Source: Candidatus Latescibacterota bacterium
GTDB taxonomy: Bacteria; Latescibacterota; UBA2968; UBA8231
NCBI GenBank assembly: GCA_965208105.1
Contig: OZ242318.1
Location: forward strand, 2,272,001-2,336,000
Direction: 5' to 3'
Length of the DNA stretch: 64,000 bases
Of this stretch, positions 41,178 through 51,445 are shown piece by piece; the first letter of the stretch is position 1, and each line of letters starts with the position of its first letter. Under the pieces are notes generated by a model. The model had not been told where the DNA came from and did no database searches. It saw only the letters and a list, made by a program, of their open reading frames with translations. The position numbers and the translations under genes were made by a program.

Positions 41178-42031
41178 GCAGCTTCCCAGGCTTGCTGCAA
41201 AGCCCGCCTGGCGTAGACCCTGGCCAGGTGGCGGCGGTAGTCTTCTCCGGCGAAAGCATCGCTGAGCAGCTCAGCCTCCGCGGCGGTTCCGGCGGCGGCA
41301 GAGGCGATAGCCTCCGCGCTGGCCGCCTGGCCTTCCAGGGCTTCCTCCACTCCACTATCGCGGAAGGCGGAGTTGGCTATACCGGTGATGCCCAGGCGCA
41401 CGTTCCGGCACCTGTCTCCGTCCCTGGTCACCACGGCGGCACAGCCCACCACGGCGAAGCGCGAGGCCGGATGGGGAAATTTGAGATAGCAGGAGCCGGT
41501 GTGAGCTCCCTGCACCGGGACGCGGACCTCCGTGATGATTTCGCCAGGTCCCAGGCTGGTGAGGAAGAGATCGAGGAAGAAATCGGCGGCGGCGATGGCG
41601 CGCTCCCCGTCGGGGCCCTTGACCTGAACCTCGGCCTCTGCGGCCAGGAGGGAAGCTGGGTAGTCTGCAGCCGGATCGGCGTGGGCAAGGCTGCCGCCCA
41701 TGGTCCCCATATTGCGCACCTGGACATCGCCTATGAGCCCGGCTGTCTGGGCCAGAAGAGGTGCTTTTTGTCCTACCAAATCCGACGATTCCACCTCCCA
41801 GTGGGTGGTCGCGGCGCCGATGGCCAGATGATCTCCCCTGTCCTCGATGTACTTCAGCGCGTCCAGACGGCCGATGTCGATCAGGTTGGAAGGTTGTGAC
41901 AGACGCAGTTTCAAGGAAGGTATGAGGCTGTGGCCTCCGGCCAGAAGCACGGCATCGTCTCCGTGCTCATCGAGCAGCTGAATGGCCTCGTCCACCGAGT
42001 TGGCGCGATGATAGTCAAATGCTGCAGTCAT
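41174..42031 (-). CDS. coxM: Xanthine/CO dehydrogenase family FAD subunit
   Basis: LAGGHSL, QVRNMGTMGGSLAHADP. Confidence 0.88.
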   Translation of the reverse strand: MTAAFDYHRANSVDEAIQLLDEHGDDAVLLAGGHSLIPSLKLRLSQPSNLIDIGRLDALKYIEDRGDHLAIGAATTHWEVESSDLVGQKAPLLAQTAGLIGDVQVRNMGTMGGSLAHADPAADYPASLLAAEAEVQVKGPDGERAIAAADFFLDLFLTSLGPGEIITEVRVPVQGAHTGSCYLKFPHPASRFAVVGCAAVVTRDGDRCRNVRLGITGIANSAFRDSGVEEALEGQAASAEAIASAAAGTAAEAELLSDAFAGEDYRRHLARVYARRALQQAWEAA

Positions 42032-42065
42032 TTCTACTCCTCCTGTTTCCGGTCCGCTAGCCGAC

Positions 42066-44426
42066 TTACTGCATTGCCTGCCACACCCGTTGCGGCGTCA
42101 AGGGCATCTCAAGGTCTCTGACTCCCAGGTGCCACAAGGCGTCCACGACCGCATTGACCACCGCGGGAGTGGAGCCTATGGTCCCGGTTTCCCCCGCCCC
42201 CTTCACTCCCAGGGGATTGTGCGGGCAGGGGGTGACGGTTCGATCCAGCTCGAACGATGGCAGATCGTCGGCGCGCGGCATGGCGTAGTCCATGTAGGAC
42301 CCATTGAGCAATTGCCCGTCTTCGTCGTAGATGGCTCCTTCCATCAAGGCCTGGCCGACGCCGTGGGTAACCCCCCCGTGGACCTGGCCGTCGACGATCA
42401 TGGGGTTGACCACATTGCCCACATCGTCGCAGGCCACGTAGCGCTTGAGATCGATCCTGCCGGTCTCGGGGTCCACCTCGACCATGGCGATATGGGCACC
42501 GTAGGGAAAGGTGAAGTTGGCGGGATCGTAGAAGCTGGTGAACTCCAGCCCGGGTTCCAGGCCTTCCGGATAGTTGTGCGGCACGTACGCTGTCAGGGCG
42601 ACATCGCCGAACCCGATGGATCTATCCGTACCTTTGACCGTCCACTGGCCCCTGGCGTATTCCAGGTCCTCCTCGGCTGCTTCGAGCAGATGGGCGGCGA
42701 TCCTGGCCCCTTTCTCCTTGACCTTGTCGACGCTCTTGGTGATGGCGACGCCGCCCACGGCCAGGCTGCGGGATCCGTAGGTCCCCATGCCGAAGGGAAC
42801 GGATTCGGTATCGCCGTGGATGATTTCCACATCCTCCATGGGAATGCCCAGTTGGTCGGCCACGAGCTGAGAAAAGGTGGTCTCGTGGCCCTGGCCGTGA
42901 GAGTGGCTGCCGACGAAGACCGAGACCTTCCCCGTGGGCTGAACCCGGACCCCGGCGCTCTCGTAGAGACCGGCGCGCGCTCCCAGGGCGCCGACCACGG
43001 CCGAGGGGGCAATGCCGCAGGCCTCGATATAGGTGGAAAGGCCGATGCCCACCAGGCGGCCTTCCCCGCGCGCCTTCTCCTGCTCCCTGCGCATGTCGTC
43101 GTAGGAAGCCATTTCCAGGGCTTTTTTGAGGGAAGTTTCGTAGTCCCCGCTATCGTATACCAGGGCGACCTGGGTCTGGTAGCCGGCCTCTTTCACTCCG
43201 TCAAAGGGGGGAATGAAGTTCTTGAGTCGCAGCGCAGCCGGATCCTCGCCCATTTCGTGGGCGGCGGTGTCCAGCAGGCGCTCCAGCAGGTAGGTCGCCT
43301 CGGGGCGGCCTGCCCCGCGCAGCGCGTCGACCGGGGTGGTGTTCGTGAAGACGGCGGTCACGCCTACGTGAACGGCCGGAGTGGTGTAGAGCCCCTGCAA
43401 CAGGGTGCCGTATAGATAGGTGGGTATGCACGGTGCGAAAGTGGAGAGGTAGGCCCCCATGTTGGCGTGGGTCTCGACGCGCAACCCCACTATCCTGCCC
43501 TCCTTGTCGAAGCCCATCTCGGCCTTGGTAACGTGGTCGCGGCCATGGGCGTCGGTGATGAAGCTCTCGCTGCGGTCGGCGGTCCACTTGACGGGGCGGC
43601 CGATCTGCCCGGAGCACCAAACCGCCAGGACCTCCTCGGCATAGTGAAAGATCTTGCTGCCGAAGCCACCGCCCACGTCTGGAGAGACCACCCTCACCTT
43701 GTGCTCGGGCAGTCCCAGAACGAAGGCGCAGAGAAGCAGGCGGATGACGTGCGGATTCTGCGAGGTCGTGTAGAGGGTGTAGTGGTCGCGCGAGGCGTCG
43801 AAATCGCCGATGGCGCTTCGGGGCTCGATGGCATTGGGGATGAGGCGCTGATTGACGAAGTCCAGGGTGGTGACATGGTCGGCTCCCGCGAGAGCCTCGT
43901 CGGTGGCTGCCTGGTCTCCCAGCTCCCAGTCGAAGGGGATATTGCCGGGCACATCGTCGAAGAGTTGGGGGGCACCCTGTGCGGTGGCCTTGACCGGATG
44001 GACCACCGCGTCCAGGACCTCGTAGTCAACCGAAACCAGCTCGGCCGCGTCCCGGGCCTGGACGCGGGTTTCGGCTATGACAATTGCAACCGGGTCCCCG
44101 ACGTGGCGCACCTTGTCCACCGCGAGGACTGGATGGGGAGGCTCCTTCATCTGGTCGCCGTTCTTGAAGTCCACCTGCCACCCGCAGGGCAGCCCGCCCA
44201 CCCCGGCAGCTTCCAGGTCTTTGCCCACGAAGATTGCAACCACGCCGGGGGCCGACCGGGCGGCCGAAACGTCGACATTCCTGATCAGGGCGTGCGCATG
44301 GGGGCTGCGGACAAGGGTCGCCCAGGTCATCCGGGGCAACGAGATGTCGTCAGTGTACCTGCCGTGTCCGGTGACGAAACGCCTGTCTTCCACCCGTTTT
44401 ACAGATTGGCCGATTAGATCTCCCAT
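42066..44426 (-). CDS. coxL: Xanthine/CO dehydrogenase family molybdopterin large subunit (form II-like)
   Basis: RVED, GGGFGSK, ALRGAGRPEA, HGQGHET, GTYGSRS, GVKGAGE. Confidence 0.88.
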   Translation of the reverse strand: MGDLIGQSVKRVEDRRFVTGHGRYTDDISLPRMTWATLVRSPHAHALIRNVDVSAARSAPGVVAIFVGKDLEAAGVGGLPCGWQVDFKNGDQMKEPPHPVLAVDKVRHVGDPVAIVIAETRVQARDAAELVSVDYEVLDAVVHPVKATAQGAPQLFDDVPGNIPFDWELGDQAATDEALAGADHVTTLDFVNQRLIPNAIEPRSAIGDFDASRDHYTLYTTSQNPHVIRLLLCAFVLGLPEHKVRVVSPDVGGGFGSKIFHYAEEVLAVWCSGQIGRPVKWTADRSESFITDAHGRDHVTKAEMGFDKEGRIVGLRVETHANMGAYLSTFAPCIPTYLYGTLLQGLYTTPAVHVGVTAVFTNTTPVDALRGAGRPEATYLLERLLDTAAHEMGEDPAALRLKNFIPPFDGVKEAGYQTQVALVYDSGDYETSLKKALEMASYDDMRREQEKARGEGRLVGIGLSTYIEACGIAPSAVVGALGARAGLYESAGVRVQPTGKVSVFVGSHSHGQGHETTFSQLVADQLGIPMEDVEIIHGDTESVPFGMGTYGSRSLAVGGVAITKSVDKVKEKGARIAAHLLEAAEEDLEYARGQWTVKGTDRSIGFGDVALTAYVPHNYPEGLEPGLEFTSFYDPANFTFPYGAHIAMVEVDPETGRIDLKRYVACDDVGNVVNPMIVDGQVHGGVTHGVGQALMEGAIYDEDGQLLNGSYMDYAMPRADDLPSFELDRTVTPCPHNPLGVKGAGETGTIGSTPAVVNAVVDALWHLGVRDLEMPLTPQRVWQAMQ

Positions 44427-44435
44427 TGCGACCTC

Positions 44436-44900
44436 CTAGGCTGATTGTGCGGCGTATTTGATGGATTTGACGATGTTGTCATATCCCGTGCAACGGCAGT
44501 AATTCCCTTCCAGGGCATGGCGAATCTCCGCGTCGCTGGGGTTGGAGTTGCGCTCCAGCAGTTGCCAGGCGGTCATGATCATGCCCGGCGTGCAGAATCC
44601 GCACTGCAGGCCGTGCTCGACGTTAAATCCCTCCTGAAGAGGATGAAGGGACCCGTCGCTTGCCAAACCTTCAATGGTGGTGATCTCGGCGCCGTCCGCC
44701 TGGACTGCCAGCAAGGTGCAGGACTTTACCGCCTGGCCATCGACGACGATGGTGCAAGCTCCACAGTTGCTGGTATCACAGCCCACGTGGGTGCCCGTCA
44801 GACCCAAAACCTCCCGCAGGTACTCGACAAGGAGCAGGCGGGGCTCCACCTCGTGCTCGTGGGCCTGGCCATTGACCGTGACTTTGATGGGTATCGCCAT
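44436..44900 (-). CDS. coxS: 2Fe-2S small subunit
   Basis: [26 protein letters not shown]. Confidence 0.92.
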   Translation of the reverse strand: MAIPIKVTVNGQAHEHEVEPRLLLVEYLREVLGLTGTHVGCDTSNCGACTIVVDGQAVKSCTLLAVQADGAEITTIEGLASDGSLHPLQEGFNVEHGLQCGFCTPGMIMTAWQLLERNSNPSDAEIRHALEGNYCRCTGYDNIVKSIKYAAQSA

Positions 44901-44941
44901 GAGGCTACCTCCTGTAGAAAATGCAGACTTGCTCTGCTCGA

Positions 44942-45424
44942 TCAGTTCGGCGCTCTGCCCTGAGGAGAGACCGGCTCCAGCGTCTTCGCATCGGACAGCT
45001 CCTGCTCCAACGCCTTGAAGAACTGGCTGGTGAACAGGCGGGCAACCCCGCTCAGCACCCGCTGACCCATGCGCGCAAGGAGGCCGCTCAACTTGGCGTC
45101 GGCCTCGAAAAAAAGCGCGGTGCCATCCTCCCGGGGCCGCAGGGCGATGCCGGCCTGAGCCGAAACCGTGCCGATCTTGGCGTCGACATCGATCAGCAGC
45201 CGGTAACTCTTCGGTTCTTCCTTGTCCACCACCTCGAGGGTTCCGTTGAACAGGCTCTTGATGGGACCCATCTTGATGTCCATCACCGCCTTGAACCTGT
45301 CTCCTCCCAAGGGCTCGAGTTCCCTGATCCCCGGGGTCGTCCTGGCAAGGACTGCCGGATCGTTCAGCAGGCTCCACAGACCCTCTTGAGTAGAATTAAA
45401 CGTGTGATTACCTTCAAGATGCAC
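44942..45424 (-). CDS. coxG: CoxG/SRPBCC family protein
   Basis: [17 protein letters not shown]; precedes coxS. Confidence 0.8.
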   Translation of the reverse strand: MHLEGNHTFNSTQEGLWSLLNDPAVLARTTPGIRELEPLGGDRFKAVMDIKMGPIKSLFNGTLEVVDKEEPKSYRLLIDVDAKIGTVSAQAGIALRPREDGTALFFEADAKLSGLLARMGQRVLSGVARLFTSQFFKALEQELSDAKTLEPVSPQGRAPN

Positions 45425-45459
45425 GCCGGAATTCTCCGCGGATTGTTAGAGTGAAGTAA

Positions 45460-45488
45460 TATATAATAAGTAGAATTGCGGCTGTCAA
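45460..45488 (-). promoter_or_regulatory. sigma70-type promoter for coxGSLM
   Basis: Minus strand TTGACA-17-TATATA. Confidence 0.5.
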
Positions 45489-45577
45489 TCACGTCGGAGG
45501 CCAACAGATCAGGCCTCCTGCTTGGGGAGAATTTCCAACCGCAGCGATGCTTTCCCGGTTTCCCCACGAGGTCGGCC

Positions 45578-46621
45578 ATGGAGGATATCTGGAGCCAGTT
45601 TTCCGGGTGGAAGGCAGCCGGGAAGCCCTTTGCCCTTGCCCGTGTGGTGAAGACCTGGGGATCGGCCCCCAGGAAGGCAGGCGCGGCGATGATTGTCGGG
45701 GAGGACCTGCAGGTCGCCGGCTCGGTCAGCGCCGGCTGTGTCGAGGGAGCGGTTATCGAGGAATCCCGCCAAATTTTGAAAAGTGGGACCCCCAAGCGTC
45801 TCACCTTCGGCGTGGATGATGAAACGGCCTGGTCGGTTGGTCTCTCCTGCGGGGGAGAACTGACGGTTCTGGTGGAAGGACACCCGACTGTCTCTGAACG
45901 TTCAGGGGGCCGGTCTGCCTGGACCTCCCTGGTGTCCGCCGTGCAACAGAAGGAACCCGCGATCCTTTTGACCCACCTGGAGCCGGCGGAGGAGCCTCAC
46001 CTGCTGGTGTACACGAACGGGAATACGGTCGGGAATTGGGGCGCCCTGGGCGACCGCGCGGTCGATGCCGCCCTCGACGCCTACAGCCAACGATTGAACC
46101 AGGTGGTCGAGGTGGAAGGCAGGCCTGTCTTCGTTCAGGTCTTTCCCAGGCGCGACCAGCTTCTGATCATCGGGGCAGGGCATATCTCCATTCCCCTGGT
46201 GCACTTTGCCCACGCCCTCGACTTCGAAACCGTGGTGATTGATCCCAGGAAGGTCTTTGCAAACCAGGACCGCTTTGAGACGCCGCCCCATCAACTCCTA
46301 TCCGCCTGGCCACAGGAGGTGCTGGACGCGGAGGAGCTGACCGGGGATACCTATGCCGTGCTTTTGACCCACGATCCAAAGATCGACGACCAGGCCCTGC
46401 ACATCATGCTCAGGTCGACCCTCCCTTATATCGGCGCTCTTGGCAGCCGGAAGACCCATGCCAGCCGTTGCGAGCGGCTGCTCCGGAGCGGATTCTCCGA
46501 AGAGGATATCGCCCGCGTCAAGGGCCCCGCCGGCCTCGACATCAAGGCCGATAGTCCGGCGGAGATCGCCCTCAGCATCATGGCCGAAGTCGTGGCCGCC
46601 AAACGGGACCGCCAGCAGTGA
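45578..46621 (+). CDS. xdhC: XdhC/CoxI Moco chaperone
   Basis: TWGSAPR, GSVSAGCVE, GLSCGG, THDPKID, YIGALGSRK, GLDI. Confidence 0.9.
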   Translation: MEDIWSQFSGWKAAGKPFALARVVKTWGSAPRKAGAAMIVGEDLQVAGSVSAGCVEGAVIEESRQILKSGTPKRLTFGVDDETAWSVGLSCGGELTVLVEGHPTVSERSGGRSAWTSLVSAVQQKEPAILLTHLEPAEEPHLLVYTNGNTVGNWGALGDRAVDAALDAYSQRLNQVVEVEGRPVFVQVFPRRDQLLIIGAGHISIPLVHFAHALDFETVVIDPRKVFANQDRFETPPHQLLSAWPQEVLDAEELTGDTYAVLLTHDPKIDDQALHIMLRSTLPYIGALGSRKTHASRCERLLRSGFSEEDIARVKGPAGLDIKADSPAEIALSIMAEVVAAKRDRQQ

Positions 46622-47219
46622 GCGAGCGGCGCTCACGGCGATTGTCCTGGCTGCCGGGTGCTCCAGCCGCATGCAAACCCACAACAAATTGCTTTTGCCC
46701 TGGGGCGAAAAGCGCATGCTCCAGGTTGTCGTGGATACCCTGTTGACCGTTCTCTTCGAGAAGGTGGTGGTCGTGGTCGGACACCAGCACCTCGAGGTAG
46801 AGGAGCTGCTGCGGGGCTACGCGCTCAGCACGGTCCTTAACGAACAGTACGCCGAGGGGATGTCCACCTCGATTCGAAAAGGCGTCGAAGCGGTAGAGGA
46901 TCCGGGATCGGGCTACCTGTTGGCCCTCGGCGACATGCCCTGGATCAAGCAGGATACGGTGGAGCGCCTGTTCACGACCTTTCCCCCCCGTGACCCCTGG
47001 GCAATCACCGTGCCCACCGTGGGAGGGCGCAGGGGGCACCCCGTCATCTTCGGGAAGTCCTACCGCGGGGAGTTGTTGCAGTTGGAAGGGGACCGGGGAG
47101 CCGCGTCAATATTGCAAGAACACGCCGGCATGGTGGTGGAGGTGCCCGTTGATGATTCCGGTATTCTCAAAGATGTGGATACGCCGGGAGCCTATCGTCC
47201 CGGGGGTATCGCTCGATGA
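46618..47219 (+). CDS. mocA: Molybdenum cofactor cytidylyltransferase-like (start codon appears frameshifted)
   Basis: IVLAAGCSSRM, GMSTS, LGDMP, GHP, GDRGA, DVDTP. Confidence 0.8.
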
Positions 47220-47956
47220 AATTCCTCCCGGTGCAGTGGCGCGATAGACTCGCCTCCACGAACACCGAGCTGCTGGAATGGATCAGGGGCGGACGTCAGT
47301 TGCCTTCCGGGTTCGTTCTGGCAGCGCGCGAGCAGAGCGCAGGCCGAGGCCGCTACGAGCGGCGCTGGATCTCGCGGCCGGGACGCGACCTCACCTTTTC
47401 ATTTCTTATTCGCACCAGAGCCGGATACCCCCGGTTGGCCTCCCTGTCCATGGCTGCGGCACTTGGAGCGGCATGCGCCATTGAGACCTTCGGGATACCG
47501 ACGCGCACGAAGTGGCCCAACGATATCCTGGTGAAGGACCGCAAGGTGGGAGGAATCCTTGCGGAACAGTGCGATGTCTCCCCGGCGCCAGGGAACGCCC
47601 TCGTGGTCGGTATGGGAATCAACGTGAATTCCACCGAGGCCGAGACTTCCGCGATCGACAAACCGGCGACCTCCATGCGCCTCGAGGCGGACAGGGAATA
47701 CGAGGTCGATGAAGTCCTCGAGCGGGTCCTGGAAGCTCTGTCCGGGTGGATCGGCAGGTGGGAGCGGGGCGGTTTCACCGCCATCAGGAAAGAGTGGGAA
47801 GCCCGCTGCGCAGGGTTGGGCGGCGTCGTTTCAGTGGAGGAAGGCAACCACCGCAGGTCCGGGACCCTGGACGGTTTCGGAAAAGAAGGACAGCTGCTGC
47901 TGCTCGGCGATGACGGAGCGGTTCGCGAAGTCTGGGCGGGCGACCTGTCGTTCTAG
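47216..47956 (+). CDS. birA: Biotin-protein ligase (no HTH)
   Basis: STN, QSAGRGR, KWPND, KVGGIL, GMGINV. Confidence 0.92.
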   Translation: MKFLPVQWRDRLASTNTELLEWIRGGRQLPSGFVLAAREQSAGRGRYERRWISRPGRDLTFSFLIRTRAGYPRLASLSMAAALGAACAIETFGIPTRTKWPNDILVKDRKVGGILAEQCDVSPAPGNALVVGMGINVNSTEAETSAIDKPATSMRLEADREYEVDEVLERVLEALSGWIGRWERGGFTAIRKEWEARCAGLGGVVSVEEGNHRRSGTLDGFGKEGQLLLLGDDGAVREVWAGDLSF

Positions 47957-48116
47957 TTTCCCGTCGCGGAAATATGTCGCCATTTTTCCGCCGATCCATC
48001 CAGGCTAACGGTGTTGCCTTCACTCCCCGTGCACCACCAGTACGACTCGCTCAGGCGCCTTGTGAGCCGGGCGCCTCGGCGGCCCAGTTGCGTCAACCTG
48101 TCTCTGCGGCGGGGCA
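47957..48116 (+). mobile_element. 160-bp MITE copy 1
   Basis: Flanked by CTAG on both sides; imperfect TIRs; collinear with 58216-58375. Confidence 0.8.
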
Positions 48117-49997
48117 CTAGGCGATGGAAGCAAGGACCTGGCCAGTGGATACCTGGTCGCCGCTGCTCACGGTAATACTGCTCACCGTTCCTCCGACCGG
48201 AGCGTTGATCGGCATCTCCATCTTCATCGCCTCGAGTACCAGAATCGTCTCACCCGTCTGGACGTGGTCGCCGACGCTGACGAGGTTGCGAATGACCTTG
48301 CCAGGCATCTGAGCGGTCACGGGAGTTCCTTCGTCGCTCTGGACCCTCGGTATGACCTCCGCATTCCGGGGCTGGATATCGACATCGTACTCGCGGCCGT
48401 CCACGATGACCTTGTCCTCCTCGATCAGGACCGAGTATTCCCTGCCGTTCACCGTTACGCTGTACCCCGCCGGCAGCCCCTCTTCGGGCCGCTCTTCCGA
48501 GGCTACCGCAGGCTCTTCCCCGGAGGGTCGCGGAGGAGGAGGCACAAAAAGTTGCGCTGCCGCCGGCACGCTCACCGGCGCCTCGCCAGGTTCTCCGTCG
48601 GCCTTGTAAACCTCGATCTCGGCTTCTCCACGCAAAAATGCCAGTCCCTCCTCCCTGCACACCGCCGCGATGAAGACATTTTCCTCGGTTTCATCCAGTT
48701 TGTATTCATTCAGCAACTGACGCGCGGCCTCGACCCCCTTTTCGGGATCGGCATCGCTCAACTCCAGCGGAGAGCGCTCAGCGGGGGAAAGGTCGAGGTG
48801 GGTGGATGCCAGATCGACGATCTCCGGATTGGGGGGCACCGGTGTCTTGCCGAAATAGCCCAGAACAAGCCTCCCGTAGCCCGGGTCGATCCTTTCCCAG
48901 GGGCCATATTCCACATTGTCGTAGGCCTGCTGAAAGTAGAACTGCGAAACCGGAGTAGCAGAGGTTGCGCAGCCGGCGAATTGGATTACCTCTCCCATTC
49001 CCTGGAGGACCTCGAGGCACTTCTCCTCGTTCCCCCAGGCGCGCATCATCCTGGTATTCGCCGATAGAGCCCTTCCCGACATGGGGCTCCAGGCGACCAG
49101 GGGATTGACCGCGAGGGCATCGGGGGACAACCGATAGGCGCCCATGCAGTCCTTGAAAACTTCCTCGGCCTCGCGCACCTTGCGGTGATCAATGTCGAGA
49201 TCGTACTCTGAATGCCGCAGGGCATGCCACATGACCAGGACATCCGGCTGGGAGCCGGCGCCGGAACATGGAGCCAGGGATAGGTCGATGGCGTCTGCCC
49301 CCGCGTCCAGCGCCGCCATGTTGGCAGAGACGCCGGTGCCCGCCGTTCCATGGGTGTGAAAGTGAATGGCCGCACCTTCAGGTAGAATCCGGCGCGCCTG
49401 CTTGATGGTCTCGTGCACCTTGAGTGGCGATGAGGTGCCGGTGGGATCCTTGAAACAAACGGCATCGAAAGGAACGTCGGCGTCCAGGATTTTCTGCAGG
49501 ATCAGAGTATAGTATTCTGGATCGTGGGCGCCCTCGAACCCTGGAGGAAGTTCCATCATAGTAATGCACACCTGGTGCCCGAGACCCGCTGCCGAGATAC
49601 ACCGGCCGCTGTAGACCAGGTTGTCGACGTCGTTGAGCGCGTCGAAGTTGCGGATTTTAGTGATCCCGTGCCTTTTGAAGAGCTTGGCGTGCAGCTCGAT
49701 GACGTCGCTCGGCTGCGGTTCCAGTCCGACCAGATTGACCCCCCGCGCCAGGCTCTGCAGCTCCGCATCCGGACCGGCCGCTTCCCGGAACGCATCCATC
49801 ATTGCGAAAGCATCTTCGTTGCAATGGGCGTAGAGCGCCTGAAACCGCTCACCTCCACCCGCCTCGAAGTAGGTGATCCCCGCATCTCGAGCCGCTTCGA
49901 CGGCCGGCAGAAAATCCCGGGTGAGAACGCGGGCGTCATACATGGACTGGAGCCCATCGCGGAAGGCTGTACACATGAAGTTTACTTTTTTGCTCAC
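48117..49997 (-). CDS. oadA: Carboxyltransferase-biotin carrier protein (OadA/PycB-like)
   Basis: FRDGLQS, CFKD, HTH, TPVSQF, Pro/Ala linker, EAMKM. Confidence 0.8.
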   Translation of the reverse strand: MSKKVNFMCTAFRDGLQSMYDARVLTRDFLPAVEAARDAGITYFEAGGGERFQALYAHCNEDAFAMMDAFREAAGPDAELQSLARGVNLVGLEPQPSDVIELHAKLFKRHGITKIRNFDALNDVDNLVYSGRCISAAGLGHQVCITMMELPPGFEGAHDPEYYTLILQKILDADVPFDAVCFKDPTGTSSPLKVHETIKQARRILPEGAAIHFHTHGTAGTGVSANMAALDAGADAIDLSLAPCSGAGSQPDVLVMWHALRHSEYDLDIDHRKVREAEEVFKDCMGAYRLSPDALAVNPLVAWSPMSGRALSANTRMMRAWGNEEKCLEVLQGMGEVIQFAGCATSATPVSQFYFQQAYDNVEYGPWERIDPGYGRLVLGYFGKTPVPPNPEIVDLASTHLDLSPAERSPLELSDADPEKGVEAARQLLNEYKLDETEENVFIAAVCREEGLAFLRGEAEIEVYKADGEPGEAPVSVPAAAQLFVPPPPRPSGEEPAVASEERPEEGLPAGYSVTVNGREYSVLIEEDKVIVDGREYDVDIQPRNAEVIPRVQSDEGTPVTAQMPGKVIRNLVSVGDHVQTGETILVLEAMKMEMPINAPVGGTVSSITVSSGDQVSTGQVLASIA

Positions 49998-50051
49998 GCC
50001 CAGTTCCTTTTGTTCCGCCAGTTCATTTTGTCAAGTTTCCCGGACAAAAAA

Positions 50052-51179
50052 TCAATTGACCAGCACAGACCAGAGAATGCCGGCGCCGATGGCCGACCCA
50101 ATTACTCCTGCCACATTGGGAGCCATTGCGTGCATGAGAAGGAAGTTGTGGGGGTCTTCCTGTTGGCCAATCATCTGCACGACGCGGGCAGAGTCCGGTA
50201 CGGCGGACACCCCCGCAGCTCCAACCAATGGATTGATCTTGTCCTTTAGAAAGAGGTTCATGAGTTTGGCAAAGAGAACTCCGCCCGCCGTTGCAATGGA
50301 AAAGGACAGCGCACCCAATCCAAAAATGAGAATGGACTGTGGAGTCAGAAATGTTTGTGCATGGGTGCTCGCCCCAACCGAGAAGCCGAGAAGGATGGTC
50401 ACGATGTCGACCATCGCCGTTCGCGCGGTATTTGCCAGACGCTCGGTGACCCCGCTTTCTTTGAGCAGGTTGCCGAAGAAGAGCATGCCGATGAGGGCTA
50501 TGGAACCAGGAGCGATCAGTGCGGCAATCAAAAACCCCGCGATGGGGAAAATGATCTTCTCCCTCTGAGAGACCTCACGCGGCGCCTTCATCCGGATCAG
50601 CCGTTCCTTGCGGGTGGTCAAAAGCTTCATTACCGGCGGCTGGATGACCGGGACGAGCGCCATGTAGGAATAGGCTGCGATGGCAATGGCGCCGAGCAGA
50701 TGAGGTGCGAGCTTGGCGGAGAGGAATATGGCTGTCGGTCCGTCGGCGCCGCCGATGATGCCGATCGCTCCGGCTTCGTATGGAGCGAACCCGAGATACA
50801 GAGCCCCGATCAAAGTCAGAAAGATCCCCACCTGCGCCGCTGCACCCAGCAATACCAGCTTGGGATTGGACAGCATGGTCGAAAAATCGGTCATCGCGCC
50901 AATGCCCAGAAAGATGAGCGGAGGAAAAAGTCCCTGGCTGACACCAAAGTATATGTAGCTCAGCACGCTGCCTTCATCATACACGCTGAGGGACATGCCA
51001 GGTATGGAGGTGATGTTTCCCACGACTATGCCGAACCCGATGGGAAGAAGCAGCAAAGGTTCGTAGTCCTTGATGATGGCAAGGGAAATGAAAACGATAC
51101 CGATGGCGATCATGAGGACATTGCCCCAATCCATCGTTGCAAAGCTGGTCGTGGAGAGAAAATCGAGTAGAATGTTCAC
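50052..51179 (-). CDS. oadB: Na+-translocating decarboxylase beta subunit
   Basis: YEPLLLLPIGFG, GIIGGADGPT, AAYSYMALVP, GVSAVP, PNVAGVIGSA. Confidence 0.93.
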   Translation of the reverse strand: MNILLDFLSTTSFATMDWGNVLMIAIGIVFISLAIIKDYEPLLLLPIGFGIVVGNITSIPGMSLSVYDEGSVLSYIYFGVSQGLFPPLIFLGIGAMTDFSTMLSNPKLVLLGAAAQVGIFLTLIGALYLGFAPYEAGAIGIIGGADGPTAIFLSAKLAPHLLGAIAIAAYSYMALVPVIQPPVMKLLTTRKERLIRMKAPREVSQREKIIFPIAGFLIAALIAPGSIALIGMLFFGNLLKESGVTERLANTARTAMVDIVTILLGFSVGASTHAQTFLTPQSILIFGLGALSFSIATAGGVLFAKLMNLFLKDKINPLVGAAGVSAVPDSARVVQMIGQQEDPHNFLLMHAMAPNVAGVIGSAIGAGILWSVLVN

Positions 51180-51445
51180 CTGTTTCTCCCCGTGTGCAAG
51201 GCAAGACCGATAGCCGCCACGACCTCGTCTTCTTCAGGACGGGAAAGGTCCTGGCCGGCAGTGGAACGCACAACGGCGGAAGTCTCCGGGGACCACATGG
51301 CCAATATTCGCGGCAACGCGAAGATGAACAGGCTGATCAATGTCAAAGCCGTGAACACAATCGACATCCCCGTGATGGCAATGTCCACTCCCTGTCCCTC
51401 CGCGATGTTCTGAAAACTGTAGACCATCTCCGACGGATTCTTCAT
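51176..51445 (-). CDS. oadG: Na+-translocating decarboxylase gamma/delta subunit
   Basis: GMSIVF TM helix; EVVAAIGLALH. Confidence 0.85.
   Translation of the reverse strand: MKNPSEMVYSFQNIAEGQGVDIAITGMSIVFTALTLISLFIFALPRILAMWSPETSAVVRSTAGQDLSRPEEDEVVAAIGLALHTGRNR

Noticed and set aside
42066-44426. Form I aerobic CO dehydrogenase
   Set aside because: Lacks AYxCSFR; gene order is S-L-M
44901-45377. N-terminal extension of CoxS (313-aa ORF)
   Set aside because: Overlaps coxG in another frame; an AGGAGG RBS precedes the ATG at 44900
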